A stretch of 64,000 nucleotides of DNA from Kiloniellales bacterium (GTDB lineage Bacteria; Pseudomonadota; Alphaproteobacteria; Kiloniellales; JAKSBE01): the NCBI GenBank assembly GCA_022361275.1, contig JAKSBE010000573.1, positions 3,882-67,881 of the forward strand. The letters are read 5' to 3'. Numbering within the stretch: the first letter of the stretch is position 1; each line of letters begins with the position of its first letter. Below, in pieces: positions 9,852 through 20,099 of this stretch. Below the pieces are notes generated by a model. It saw only the letters and a list, made by a program, of their open reading frames with translations. It was not told the origin of the DNA and made no database searches. The position numbers were made by a program, and so were the translations under genes.

Positions 9852-10179
9852 TCAACGCTCCTTGGTACAAGACGGAGGCGCGGCCCCTTTCCGCCCGCGC
9901 CTCCGCAGAGCTTTCTCAGAATCGGCCCAAGGCCCGAACGCGAATGGTGGCGACAGGTCCCCCGCAAGGCGGGACCTGCCTTTGTCATGTCACATGCAGG
10001 AATAAGCCCGGCGGATTAATATAAAGAAGGATATGGAGACAAAATACTTAGGACTTTTAGAGTATTTTAAGCCTGCTCTTCCAGAGTGTGATGCGACAAA
10101 GGCGAAGCTCTCGGAGCTTCCGCCCAAAGGCATGTTGCGCCTCACAAGCCAGACAAAGCTCACCCTCAGGAGACACCAA

Positions 10180-11361
10180 ATGATCAACAAGAAAGACCGC
10201 ATCTTTCTTGCCTCGGCGCTTTCGTTCGCCCTCGCCACGGGCGCGACGACCGCCGCCGGCGCCGAACCCGGCGTCACCGCCGACAGCATCGTCTTCGGCC
10301 AGTCGGCCGCCCTGGAAGGCCCGGCCAGCGCCCTCGGCCAGGGCATGCGCGAAGGCATCCTCGCCGCCTTCGAGGAAGTGAACCGCAACGGCGGCGTCAA
10401 CGGCCGGCGCCTCGAGCTGAAGAGCTACGACGACGGCTACGAGCCCGAGCGGGCGATCGCCCAGACCAAGAAGCTGATCAACCAGGACAAGGTCTTCGCG
10501 CTGATCGGCGGCGTCGGCACCCCGACCTCGAAGGCGGCGCAGCCGATCGCCACCGAGGCCGGCGTGCCCTACATCGGTCCCTTCACCGGCGCCGGGTTCC
10601 TGCGCTCCCAGGACCTCGGCAACGTGGTCAACGTCCGGGGCAGCTATGACCAGGAGACCGAGGCCTGGATCCAGCACCTGACCGAGGACCTGAAGTTCGA
10701 CCGCATCGCCATTCTCTACCAGGACGATTCCTTCGGCCGCGCCGGGCTTTCCGGAGTCAAGAAGGCGATGGAGAAGCGCGGCATGTCGCTGGTCGCCGAG
10801 GGCACCTACAAGCGCAACACCACCGCCGTGAAGACCGCCCTTCTGGAGATCCGCAAGGCCAAGCCCCAGGCGGTCGTCACGGTCGGCGCCTACAAGCCGA
10901 TCGCGGAGTTCATCAAGCTGGCCCGCAAGGTCAAGATGGACTCGGTCTTCCTGAACATCTCCTTCGTCGGCAGCAAGGCCCTCGCCCAGGAGCTGGGCGC
11001 CAAGGGCGACGGTGTCGTGATCACCCAGGTGGTGCCCTTCCCCTGGGACACCTCGCTGCCGCTGGTCAAGAACTACCAGGCCGCCATGAAGGCCCAGAAC
11101 GCGGGCGCGGACTTCGGCTTCGTCTCGCTGGAGGGCTACATGGTCGGCCGGCTGACCATCATGGCCCTGCAGCGGATGCAGGGCGAGCCGACGCGTGACG
11201 GCCTGCTGAACACCTTCAGCAGCACCGGGTCCTTCGACCTGGGCGGGGTCACGCTGACCTTCGGCCCCGGCGACAACCAGGGCATGGACCGGGTCTTCCT
11301 GACCGTCATCAAGCCCGACGGCAGCTTCCAGCCGGTCAGCGGCCTGGACGAGCTCGGCTGA
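10180..11361 (+). CDS. periplasmic binding protein, LivK-like, copy 2 (tandem paralogue)
   Basis: Start [10 protein letters not shown] mirrors copy 1 ([10 protein letters not shown]). Both genes are preceded by the same caggagacacc RBS context. Most aligned residues are identical by eye. Confidence 0.85.
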   Translation: MINKKDRIFLASALSFALATGATTAAGAEPGVTADSIVFGQSAALEGPASALGQGMREGILAAFEEVNRNGGVNGRRLELKSYDDGYEPERAIAQTKKLINQDKVFALIGGVGTPTSKAAQPIATEAGVPYIGPFTGAGFLRSQDLGNVVNVRGSYDQETEAWIQHLTEDLKFDRIAILYQDDSFGRAGLSGVKKAMEKRGMSLVAEGTYKRNTTAVKTALLEIRKAKPQAVVTVGAYKPIAEFIKLARKVKMDSVFLNISFVGSKALAQELGAKGDGVVITQVVPFPWDTSLPLVKNYQAAMKAQNAGADFGFVSLEGYMVGRLTIMALQRMQGEPTRDGLLNTFSSTGSFDLGGVTLTFGPGDNQGMDRVFLTVIKPDGSFQPVSGLDELG

Positions 11362-11473
11362 ACCCGTCCCGGGGAGGGGCGGCCCGACGCGGCCGCGCCT
11401 CCCCGCGGCCGACCCGGAGCCTTCGACACCGGCTCCCCCAGAAAGACGCATCAACAAGGCAAGATCGAAAGCC

Positions 11474-13672
11474 ATGCCGATCAGGATTCCCGGAACCCGA
11501 CGCACGGACAGCAAACCTCTCACGCGATCCCCGCAGCCCGCGAAGGGTGCCGCGCAGCGCAGCCGCTTCGGCATCGGCCCGCGGCTGCTGATCGCCTTCG
11601 GCGCCTCGGCGCTCTTGACTTTGATCGCAAGCACCGTTGCCTGGATCTCCTTCGGACAGATCGGCGGCGCGGTGACCACGACCATGGACACCAACGTTCC
11701 GGCCATGGTGCTCGCCCTTGAGATCGCGGAACAGAGCGAAGCCCTCGCCGCCGGGGCCCCCCGTCTCGCGGCGGCGAAGTCCCAGGAGGAGCGGAGCCGC
11801 CAGAGCGGCATCCTTCAAGAACAGTCCGAGGCCATACGGCAGCGCCTGTCCAAGCTCTCGGCGCTGCTCCAGGATCCCGGCGTGGCCGAGGCTCTGGGCG
11901 GCCTCGTCGACATCTCCGTCGAGGACCTGCGGCGGATCGGCGCCCTGGTCGACGAGCGTCTGCAGCTCGAGGCGCAGAGACGGGCCGTTTACGGCGAGAT
12001 CGGCGTGATCCAGCAGGACATCCTGGCCAAGATCGTGCCGGCGGTCGACGATGCCAATTTCGAGCTCATCATCGGCGCCGAGACCGCCGCCGAGGGCGGT
12101 GCCGAGGCCACGCAGGCCTTCCTGGAGGAAGGTGTCGGCGCGCTTCGCGTCCTGATGACCGTCGAAGCGGAGATGAACCTGATCGCCGGCCTCCTGGCCG
12201 ATACCCTGGGCGCGACCAACGTCGCCGACATCCAGCCGAAGGTGGAGCGCTTCACCGCGGCCCGGTCGCGCCTGGTCGAGAACATCGCCAGCCTGCCCGA
12301 GGGTGAGGCGAGCGACGAGATCAAGCAGGCGCTGGAGCGCCTGATCGGCTTCGGCGACAATGCGGAGGTCAACGCCTTCGATGTTCGCCGCCGCGAACTG
12401 ACCGTGGACTCCGAAGCGCAGGCCCTGATGGCACGCACGCAGGAAACCTCGGACGCACTCGGCAAGCGGGTCGAAGACCTCGCGATCAAGGCGCGCAATC
12501 AGGCCAAGGCGAGCGGCGACCGCCTGGCGGAGACCATCGCCACGGCGCGTTTCTTCCTGTTCCTGATCGCGGCGGTCAGCCTGGCCGGGGCGGCCCTGAT
12601 TGCCTGGCTCTACGTCCTGCGCAGTCTGGTCCGCCGCCTGACCGGCCTGGCCGAATCCATGTCCAAGCTCGCGGCCGGCGATCTCAAGGCCGAGGTGGAG
12701 ACGGCCGGAAACGACGAGGTCGCCGTGATGGCCCAGACGCTCGGCGTCTTCCGCGACGGCCTGGCCGAGGTCGAGGTCGCGAACGCCCGGGCCGAGGAAG
12801 AGCGCAAGGCCGCCACCGCGCAGCGCCGCGAGGCCATGCTGCAACTGGCCGACAACTTCGAAAGCCGGGTCAGCGGCGTGGTCGACGGCCTGTCCTCCGC
12901 CGCGACGCAGCTCCAGGGCACTGCGCAGACGATGTCCGACGCGGCCGAAGCCACCAGCAGCGACGCCCGCAAGGTCGGCGCGGCATCGGATCAGGCCTCG
13001 GACAACGTGACCACGGTCTCCAGCGCGACGACCGAGCTCAGCGGGTCGATCGACGAGATCAGCCAGCAGGTCTCGAAGTCCTCCTCGATCACCCGCAACG
13101 CCGTGGCCCAGGCCGAACAGACCAACCGGCAGGTCGAGGGCCTGGCCGAGGCCGCCCAGAAGATCGGCGAGGTGGTCAGCCTGATCTCCGACATCGCGGA
13201 GCAGACCAACCTGCTGGCGCTGAACGCCACGATCGAGGCGGCCCGGGCCGGCGACGCCGGCAAGGGCTTCGCCGTGGTGGCCAACGAGGTCAAGTCCCTG
13301 GCCACCCAGACCGCCAAGGCGACCGAAGAGATCGGCCAGCAGATCGGCCGCATCCAGACCGAGACCAACACCGCGGTCTCCGCGATCAAGGAGATCACCG
13401 GCACCATCGTCCGGATCGACGAGATCTCCACGACCATCACCGCGGCGGTCGAGGAGCAGCGCGCCTCGACCGGCGAGATCGCACGCAGCGTCGATCAGGC
13501 GGCGAACCGGACCGCGGACGTCTCCCGGACCATCCAGGGGGTTGCCGAGGCCGCCGGCCGGACCGGCGATTCCGCCGGCCAGGTGCTCTCGGCTGCCGAG
13601 GACCTGGCCGAACAATCGGCGACCCTGCGGGTCGAGGTCGACCGCCTGCTCGAGGAGGTGCGGGCCGGCTGA
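11474..13672 (+). CDS. transmembrane methyl-accepting chemotaxis protein (large periplasmic domain, HAMP, MA domain)
   Basis: Two TM segments, a HAMP-like region, and the conserved signalling hairpin [35 protein letters not shown]. Confidence 0.85.
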   Translation: MPIRIPGTRRTDSKPLTRSPQPAKGAAQRSRFGIGPRLLIAFGASALLTLIASTVAWISFGQIGGAVTTTMDTNVPAMVLALEIAEQSEALAAGAPRLAAAKSQEERSRQSGILQEQSEAIRQRLSKLSALLQDPGVAEALGGLVDISVEDLRRIGALVDERLQLEAQRRAVYGEIGVIQQDILAKIVPAVDDANFELIIGAETAAEGGAEATQAFLEEGVGALRVLMTVEAEMNLIAGLLADTLGATNVADIQPKVERFTAARSRLVENIASLPEGEASDEIKQALERLIGFGDNAEVNAFDVRRRELTVDSEAQALMARTQETSDALGKRVEDLAIKARNQAKASGDRLAETIATARFFLFLIAAVSLAGAALIAWLYVLRSLVRRLTGLAESMSKLAAGDLKAEVETAGNDEVAVMAQTLGVFRDGLAEVEVANARAEEERKAATAQRREAMLQLADNFESRVSGVVDGLSSAATQLQGTAQTMSDAAEATSSDARKVGAASDQASDNVTTVSSATTELSGSIDEISQQVSKSSSITRNAVAQAEQTNRQVEGLAEAAQKIGEVVSLISDIAEQTNLLALNATIEAARAGDAGKGFAVVANEVKSLATQTAKATEEIGQQIGRIQTETNTAVSAIKEITGTIVRIDEISTTITAAVEEQRASTGEIARSVDQAANRTADVSRTIQGVAEAAGRTGDSAGQVLSAAEDLAEQSATLRVEVDRLLEEVRAG

Positions 13673-13711
13673 AGGCGCTTTCCGGCCGGACGGCACCGGC
13701 CGGATCTCGCC

Positions 13712-15181
13712 TTACTGGACGACCAGCTTGACCTTCTGTCCGGCCTTGAGGCCGGCCCCGGGCGCCAGGCCGTTCAGGGTCCGGAAGCGCTTTTCCGGCA
13801 GGTCGCTGAAAGGCATCCGCGCCGCCAGGCCGGACACCGTCTCGCCGCGCCTGACGGTGTGGATGCGCAGGCGGCTGGGCTTGATCGCCGCCGCCTCCGC
13901 GCCGCTGAGCCGCCGGAAGCTGTAGGTCGTGCGCCGGAGGTCGACGGAGAGGCTCTGGGTCACCGAAGGCGGCGTCGCGAAGAGAAAGCGGTAGAGCGTC
14001 GCGTCGTCGTAAGCGATCGCGACCAGGCGGGCGTCCAGCTGCCCGCCGCGGGAGTTGAGGCGGGTGGTCGCGGTCGCCGCCGGCATGCCGTTGATCTCCA
14101 GCCTCTCGACCCTGGAGAGCTGGGCCTTCGGCGCCCAGACCTCGCGGATGTGGCGGGCCGGTCCGAGGCGCCTGGAATCCGACGCGCCGTCGAAGACGAT
14201 CCGCGAGTCCTGCGGCCCGAGGGCCAGGACCGCCTTGGAACTGTTGAACAGCCTGAAGCTTTCCGGCACCTCGAAGGCGAAGCCCAGATCGGGGTGGCTG
14301 AAGCTGTTGTTCCGGATGATGCCCTGCTCCGGATTGTCGCCGTAGAGCATGCCGTCGATCTTGTCCAGGTAGATGTCGCGCGCGACGATGGGATTGGCCA
14401 CCGGCTTCTCGCCGGCGGCCTGGGCCGCCTTCTGGATCCGATCCGCGGTGCGCGGGTGGGTCTGCATGATGTCGAACTTGTCGGCCTCGCCGGGCCTGCC
14501 GCGCAGTTCCGCCTCCAGCCGGCTGTGCGCCTGCAGCTTCGAGAGGAAGCTCGACATGCCGCTGGGATCGTAGCCGGCCCGCGAGAGGTAGCGGACGCCG
14601 AGCATGTCGGCCTCGAACTCCTGCTCCCGGGAATAGCTCTGCAGGGCCAGCCCGGCCGCCCCTCCGGCTGCCTGGGCGACAGGCCCGCCGACCAGAACGC
14701 CCAGCACCGTGGCCGCCACCCCCGCCGCGACGGTGTTGCCGTAGCGCTCCGCCGAGTGGCGGGCGGTCACGTGGCCGATCTCGTGGGCCAGGACGCCGGC
14801 GACCTCGGCCTCGTTGTCAGCCAGGGCGAGCAGGCCGCGGGTGATGTAGATGTAACCGCCGGGCAGCGCGAAGGCGTTGACGATCGGCGTGTCGAGGACG
14901 GTGAAGGTGAACTTCTGGTTGGGCAGCTCGGAGGTCTTGGCCAGCAGGTTGCCGATGCTTGTGACGTAGGCCGAGAGCTCGGGATCCTCCTGGTAGTCGC
15001 CGCCGAACTCCCTCAGGATCTTGGGGTGCTCCTGAAGACCGAGCCGCTGCTCGTCCTCGGGGCCCATGCCGGCGGTGAAGATCTGGCGTCCGGTCGCCGG
15101 CGCCGTCTGGCAGGCGGCCAGCAGCGGCAGGACCAGGACCGCCATGCCGAAAAGGAAAAACTTTGTCGCGCGTCGAAGCAT
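13712..15181 (-). CDS. M48-family Zn metalloprotease lipoprotein with C-terminal LysM domain
   Basis: HEIGHVTARH zinc motif. Lipobox LLAAC after the start MLRRATKFF (ATG verified at 15179-15181). C-terminal LysM-like HTVRRGETVSGLA...GLKAGQKVKL. Confidence 0.85.
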   Translation of the reverse strand: MLRRATKFFLFGMAVLVLPLLAACQTAPATGRQIFTAGMGPEDEQRLGLQEHPKILREFGGDYQEDPELSAYVTSIGNLLAKTSELPNQKFTFTVLDTPIVNAFALPGGYIYITRGLLALADNEAEVAGVLAHEIGHVTARHSAERYGNTVAAGVAATVLGVLVGGPVAQAAGGAAGLALQSYSREQEFEADMLGVRYLSRAGYDPSGMSSFLSKLQAHSRLEAELRGRPGEADKFDIMQTHPRTADRIQKAAQAAGEKPVANPIVARDIYLDKIDGMLYGDNPEQGIIRNNSFSHPDLGFAFEVPESFRLFNSSKAVLALGPQDSRIVFDGASDSRRLGPARHIREVWAPKAQLSRVERLEINGMPAATATTRLNSRGGQLDARLVAIAYDDATLYRFLFATPPSVTQSLSVDLRRTTYSFRRLSGAEAAAIKPSRLRIHTVRRGETVSGLAARMPFSDLPEKRFRTLNGLAPGAGLKAGQKVKLVVQ

Positions 15182-15303
15182 CGTCTTCGCTGCCCCTTTT
15201 TCTCCTTTGAGCCCTCCGGATATAGGTACATCCCTGCCGCCTCGCCGCATCTTAACCGTGACGCCCGACCCTGGCGAGCCGCGGCCCCGGTCACCGGTCC
15301 CGG

Positions 15304-16167
15304 TCACTCCGCGAGCACTTCAATCTGCTCGGGATGGGTGGCGGCGATGCTCGGGCCGTTCAGCGCCTTGAGCCAGCCGCGCACGCGCAGGCGCCGGCCG
15401 CGGTAGTCGTCCGGGGCGATGCCCTCGGCCTCGAAGAGCTTCCAGGCCTTCGGCGCGATCGAGATCGTGAAGTCGGTCCTCCAGTCCGCGCCGAAGTTCA
15501 GATAGACCCGGCCCCGGGCCCGGACCGCCTCGACCACGCGGCCCTCGACCAACTGAAAGCTGCCGATGTCCGCGGCGGCCGCCCCGGCCTGCCGCAGGGC
15601 GTAGAAGGGATGGCCCCAGATCCCCCGGCCCGCCGCCCGCGCGGCCCGCTCCCGGGCCAGCATCTCGACAATCAGGGCGCGGTTGTCGGCGAAGCTGTAG
15701 ACCCGGGCCAAGCCGCGGTCCAAGAGTGCGCCCTGGACCCAGAGCCCGTCCTCGCGCTGCAGGTGGGCGAGCCGGCGGCCGTGGCGGTCCTCGCGCCGGC
15801 CGGTGAAGGCCAGGCCCAAGCGGCGGTCGAGGGTGATCTGCTCCAGGACCGCCTTGGCCTCCTCGGCCAGAGGCCAGGCCCGGAAGCCGCGACGGCCGAG
15901 CGGCAGCTTGGGTGCCTGGAGCCCGACCAGGCGCAGTTCGCGGCCGTCGTCGAGGACCAGGGTGTCGCCGTCGACCACCGCCGTGGCCCGGTGCCAGACC
16001 TTGGGCCTCAGGTCCTCGGGCCTCAGGTCCTCGGGTTTCAAAACCTGCGTTTCCGCTGCGGCGGGACCAGTCAGCAGGAGCAGGAGGCAGAGGAGAACCG
16101 GGGCGGCCCGGCGCTGGCGCGAGGACAAGGGGCCGGATCCTTGAAACGTTCCAATGAAGGCGTGCAC
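15304..16167 (-). CDS. thermonuclease (SNase-like) family protein
   Basis: VVDGDTLVLDDGRELRLVGLQAPK and LAHLQREDGLWVQGALLDRGLARVY resemble staphylococcal nuclease homologues. N-terminal signal peptide. Confidence 0.7.
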   Translation of the reverse strand: MHAFIGTFQGSGPLSSRQRRAAPVLLCLLLLLTGPAAAETQVLKPEDLRPEDLRPKVWHRATAVVDGDTLVLDDGRELRLVGLQAPKLPLGRRGFRAWPLAEEAKAVLEQITLDRRLGLAFTGRREDRHGRRLAHLQREDGLWVQGALLDRGLARVYSFADNRALIVEMLARERAARAAGRGIWGHPFYALRQAGAAAADIGSFQLVEGRVVEAVRARGRVYLNFGADWRTDFTISIAPKAWKLFEAEGIAPDDYRGRRLRVRGWLKALNGPSIAATHPEQIEVLAE

Positions 16168-16222
16168 CGGGACACGCTTTGGTTATAGTGTCGCCCCGTT
16201 CCCCTGGGTAGCGAAAGGCGAG

Positions 16223-17185
16223 ATGTTCGGAACCACCGCCCTGCGCAGCGACCTCTATCCGCCGATCGAGCCGAGCGAGACGGGCCGGCTGACCCTGGAC
16301 AACGGCCACAGCATGTACTGGGAGGCGATGGGCAGGCCCGACGGGCCGGCCGTGGTCTTCCTGCACGGCGGGCCGGGCGCCGGCGCGGCCCCGGATCACC
16401 GGCGCTTCTTCGACCCGGCTCACTACCGCATCGTGGTCTACGACCAGCGCGGCGCCGGGCGCTCCACCCCGCTGGGCGAGGTCGAGGACAACACCACCCA
16501 ACACCTGATCGCCGACCTGGAGCTGCTGCGCGCGCACCTGGGGATCGAGGGCTGGCTGGTCTTCGGCGGCTCCTGGGGCAGCACCCTGGCGCTGGCCTAC
16601 GCCCAGGCCCACCCCGAGCGGACCAAGGCCCTGGTCCTGCGCGGCATCTTTCTCTGCCGGCAGCGGGAAATCGACTGGTTCATCCGCGGCATGGGGACCT
16701 TCTTCCCCGAGCACTGGCGCCGCTTCGCCGAGTTCCTGCCCGAGTCGGAGCGGGACGACCTGCTGGCCGCCTACCACCGCCGCCTGATGGATTCCGACCC
16801 GGAGGTGCACCTGCCGGCGGCACGCGCCTGGAGCACCTACGAAGGCGCCTGCTCGACCCTGCTGCCCAGCCCCGAGACCGTGGCCGCCTTCGGCGAGGAC
16901 CGCCTCGCGCTCGGCCTGGCGCGGATCGAGGCCCACTACTTCGTCAACCGGATCTTCCTGGCCGAGAACGCCCTGCTCGACAACATCGGGCGGATACGCC
17001 ACATCCCGGCGGCGATCATCCAGGGCCGCTACGACGTGGTCTGTCCGATCGCCACCGCGGAGGACCTGCACCGGGCCTGGCCCGAGGCGGACTACGTCGT
17101 GGTCCCCGACGCCGGACATTCGGCTATGGAGCCGGGCATCCGCCGGGCCCTCGTCGCGGCCATGGAAAAGTTCAAGGGTCTCTAG
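16223..17185 (+). CDS. pip: prolyl aminopeptidase (proline iminopeptidase)
   Basis: FLHGGPGAG, GGSWGSTLALAYAQAHPE and the overall alpha/beta-hydrolase Pip pattern. ATG at 16223. Confidence 0.9.
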   Translation: MFGTTALRSDLYPPIEPSETGRLTLDNGHSMYWEAMGRPDGPAVVFLHGGPGAGAAPDHRRFFDPAHYRIVVYDQRGAGRSTPLGEVEDNTTQHLIADLELLRAHLGIEGWLVFGGSWGSTLALAYAQAHPERTKALVLRGIFLCRQREIDWFIRGMGTFFPEHWRRFAEFLPESERDDLLAAYHRRLMDSDPEVHLPAARAWSTYEGACSTLLPSPETVAAFGEDRLALGLARIEAHYFVNRIFLAENALLDNIGRIRHIPAAIIQGRYDVVCPIATAEDLHRAWPEADYVVVPDAGHSAMEPGIRRALVAAMEKFKGL

Positions 17186-17333
17186 TGTGATGGTTTCAAA
17201 GTTCGGCACGTTTCATGTGCCGAGATTTGGAAGCTGAATCACACGAGATTCAACAACTTAGTGTCCCGATGCTGCGATTCGCTCTCGCGAACTTCAGCAT
17301 CGGGACACCAGACGGGGGAGGGAGAAGCCGGTC

Positions 17334-17879
17334 ATGGGTACGCCGATCGTCGCCGACGAGCGTCACGCGGAAGCGGCCGACGCGGCCTCCGCCGGCGCCC
17401 ACGCCTTCGGCTTCACCGCGATCGACGGCGCGCCCTTGCCGCTCTCGCGCTACGCCGGCAAGGCGGTGCTGGTGGTCAACACCGCGTCGCGCTGCGGCTT
17501 CACCGGACAGTACCGCGGCCTGCAGGCGCTCTGGCGCGCGTACCGCGACCGCGGTCTGGTCGTCCTCGGCGTGCCCTCGAACGACTTCGGCGGGCAGGAG
17601 CCGGGCGCGGAGGCCGAGATCCAGGCCTTCTGCGGCGAGGACTTCGGCGTCGACTTCCCGCTGACCGGGAAGACCAAGGTCCGTGGTCCCGGGGCCCATC
17701 CCTTCTACCGCTGGGCCCGCGCCGAAGCCGGTGTCCTGGCGGCGCCCAAGTGGAACTTCCACAAATATCTGATCGCCGCGGACGGCCGTCTGGCCGCCTG
17801 GTTCTACTCCTGGACCACGCCCGGCGCCGATCGGCTGCGCCGGGCCGTGGAGGCTGCGCTGGAGAAAACCGAGTGCTGA
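17334..17879 (+). CDS. glutathione peroxidase (Cys type)
   Basis: VVNTASRCGFTGQY, LGVPSNDFGGQEPG and KWNFHKYLI motifs. The active site is encoded as Cys, not an in-frame TGA. Confidence 0.9.
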   Translation: MGTPIVADERHAEAADAASAGAHAFGFTAIDGAPLPLSRYAGKAVLVVNTASRCGFTGQYRGLQALWRAYRDRGLVVLGVPSNDFGGQEPGAEAEIQAFCGEDFGVDFPLTGKTKVRGPGAHPFYRWARAEAGVLAAPKWNFHKYLIAADGRLAAWFYSWTTPGADRLRRAVEAALEKTEC

Positions 17880-18069
17880 GCGCGCGCCCCGGCGGCCTCG
17901 GGAGAGGCACACCCTTGACAGCGGCAGGCGCCCTCCGCGCATACTGAAGGCCGGCAACCCTGGCGTGTCCGGCGGCCGCGGGCCGCCCGAAGCCTTCCGC
18001 CCGGCCCCTGCCTCGACGGCACGGGCGCCCCAAGCGACGACAGGGGACGAGATGACGACAGGGGACGAG

Positions 18070-18573
18070 ATGAAGATCCAGATCGACGAAACCGACTTCA
18101 AGCAGCTTTCACCGGCCGTGCAGCGCGAGCTCCTGGAGCGCTTCGTCGGCGACAGCGGCGTCTACAACCGCCGCCGGCGGCGCGCCGAGCCGGCCAAGCT
18201 GGACTGGCGGCGGCCGATCGACCTCTCGCCGGAGCAGGCCCAGCGCCTGGTCCACGGGCTCTCCGAGGACCACCGCCGGCGCCTGGCGCTCTTCACGCGC
18301 AAGAACGGCCGAGTCCGCATGAAGGAGATCCTGGCCCTGACCGGCGAGACCGACCTGCGCGCGACCACCGCCTTCCAGCGCGTGGTGACCCGCCGGCTGC
18401 GCCGCCTGATCGAGGACCCCGAGCGCAAGGCCCAATTGATCGCCTGGGATTTCGACGCCACCCGCTGGGACGACGACCGCATCACCATCGTCGACGGCGT
18501 CTACTACGTCTCCGAGCCCACGGCCGCGGCCCTACGCGCCTGCCTGAAGCCGAAGGGCGACAAGGCCGACTAG
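18070..18573 (+). CDS. hypothetical protein (Arg-rich, possibly nucleic-acid binding)
   Basis: GC3-rich ORF with no recognised motif. Two equivalent in-frame ATGs (18052 and 18070) were created by an 18-bp tandem duplication. Confidence 0.5.
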   Translation: MKIQIDETDFKQLSPAVQRELLERFVGDSGVYNRRRRRAEPAKLDWRRPIDLSPEQAQRLVHGLSEDHRRRLALFTRKNGRVRMKEILALTGETDLRATTAFQRVVTRRLRRLIEDPERKAQLIAWDFDATRWDDDRITIVDGVYYVSEPTAAALRACLKPKGDKAD

Positions 18574-18673
18574 ATCAAACTGCGCTCGGTCGAACGCGGG
18601 AGGCTCCAGGGCCACGCGGGAGGCTCCAGGGCCGAGCGGGATCGTCCGGCGCGACGTGAAGAAGACGGGTCCG

Positions 18674-18979
18674 ATGGCTGAGACTAAAATCAAGCCGCGT
18701 GGGAAGGTCAGACCCAAGGCCGAACGGCCGCGCATGCACAAGGTCATCCTCGTCAACGACGACTACACGCCGCGGGAGTTCGTGGTCAGGGTCCTCAAGG
18801 CCATCTTCGGCATGGGCGAGGACGGCGCCTACGCGGTGATGATGACCGCCCACCAACGCGGCGCCTGCGTGGTCGCCGTCTTGACCAAGGACGTCGCCGA
18901 GACCAAGGCCGACCAGGGCACCCAGGCGGGACGCGCCGCCGGCTATCCGCTCCTCTTCACCACCGAGCCGGAGCACTGA
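18674..18979 (+). CDS. clpS: ATP-dependent Clp protease adaptor ClpS
   Basis: HKVILVNDDYTPREFVVRVLKAIFGM...MMTAHQRGACVVAVLTKDVAETK is a canonical ClpS core. No clpA adjacent. Confidence 0.85.
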   Translation: MAETKIKPRGKVRPKAERPRMHKVILVNDDYTPREFVVRVLKAIFGMGEDGAYAVMMTAHQRGACVVAVLTKDVAETKADQGTQAGRAAGYPLLFTTEPEH

Positions 18980-19392
18980 TACCGACTTGCACGCATCGGC
19001 GTGTCGCCCCCCTCCCCGGCCCGCGTGCAGCGCCGTGCGTAGGCGCCCGTCGAGGGGGAGGGCGAAGAACGCGACCGCCCCGCAGCACTCCCATCAGCCA
19101 AAGAGCCAAAAGCTGTGGCCGGGCGGCAACACCCGCGGGACCCCTGGGCCAGGCAGGCGTGGTCTTTGTTGCGCCGGGCGGGCGGGGCGCAGGAGACTGT
19201 GGCTGCGAAAGAGGGCCCCACCATGAGAGGGGAAACGGCGGGGCCCAGTTCGTCCAGATGGTGGGTGTCGCGGCGAGGGAAATGGCCCCGCAGGACTCGT
19301 TGCAGGGACCACTGCCGGACACCCACCTCTAATATGACGACCGCCTGCCATCCCGGCAATCGCGGTTGGGCTGCCCGGATTCGATGGTTGGA

Positions 19393-19683
19393 ATGCGCCG
19401 CCTCTGGAATGGTGAGCTGCCCCTGGACGAGGCGTTCTGGAACTACGCGGTCGCCGGCGGGCTCGTCGTCAACCTTTTCACCTCTCTGGCGTTCATGGGT
19501 CTCGTCGCGGTGGATCAGCCGCTCCTGGCCTTCGTCGTGGGGTACTGCGTGTCGGTGCCCTACAACCTGGTCGTGGTCGTGGGAGTCTGGCGGGCCGCCG
19601 CGCGCTACCGGGGCGACCCGGCACGGGCCAGCTTGCTCCGGGCCGTAACGCTCGCAGGCATGACCCTCTTGACCGTGACGTAG
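19393..19683 (+). CDS. hypothetical small membrane protein
   Basis: Two or three hydrophobic helices with GC3-rich codons. No motif. Start uncertain; the ORF opens at 19366. Confidence 0.4.
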   Translation: MRRLWNGELPLDEAFWNYAVAGGLVVNLFTSLAFMGLVAVDQPLLAFVVGYCVSVPYNLVVVVGVWRAAARYRGDPARASLLRAVTLAGMTLLTVT

Positions 19684-19993
19684 AAGCCGCCGTCGGCGCG
19701 GCTGTTCCGGCCAAGCGGTTGCGAACGCCCCCCGGCGACCGAGGGCGCTGTCCGGGCAGCTTTCGGCAGGTACACCCACGTCGAGATGGTGCCGATCCGA
19801 CCGCAGGAGGGTGCCGACGGCGCCAGTCGCTTCTTCACCGCGCTGCGGGGCGAGCGCGGCGAGCTCAAGCTGGTGGTCTGGCGCCTCGCGCCATGAGCCC
19901 GAGAGCCGGGCTCACGGCGTCCGGGGCGCGCCGTGGTCCCGCCCCGGACCTTGCACGCCTGCGCCCTTCACAGTAGCTTCCCGTTTGGCGTGT

Positions 19994-20070
19994 GGCCCCG
20001 TAGCTCAGCTGGATAGAGCGGCAGATTCCTAATCTGTAGGTCGCAGGTTCGAATCCTGCCGGGGTCACCA
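19994..20070 (+). tRNA. tRNA-Arg (anticodon CCU), CCA encoded
   Basis: Cloverleaf folded by hand: acceptor GGCCCCG/CGGGGTC, D arm GCTC-AGCTGGATA-GAGC, anticodon stem-loop GCAGA-TTCCTAA-TCTGT (anticodon CCT), T arm GCAGG-TTCGAAT-CCTGC, discriminator A plus CCA. Confidence 0.9.
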
Positions 20071-20099
20071 CCCTACCCCTGTCCGGTCCGGAGACATGT

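Noticed and set aside
17334-17879. A possible selenocysteine (in-frame TGA) in the glutathione peroxidase.
   Set aside because: The active-site residue is encoded as Cys (ASRCGFT) and the ORF has no internal TGA.
18943-19779. A 278-aa minus-strand ORF and several overlapping ORFs between clpS and the tRNA.
   Set aside because: The translations are low-complexity, and they conflict with the more plausible small membrane protein on the plus strand. No support for a gene.
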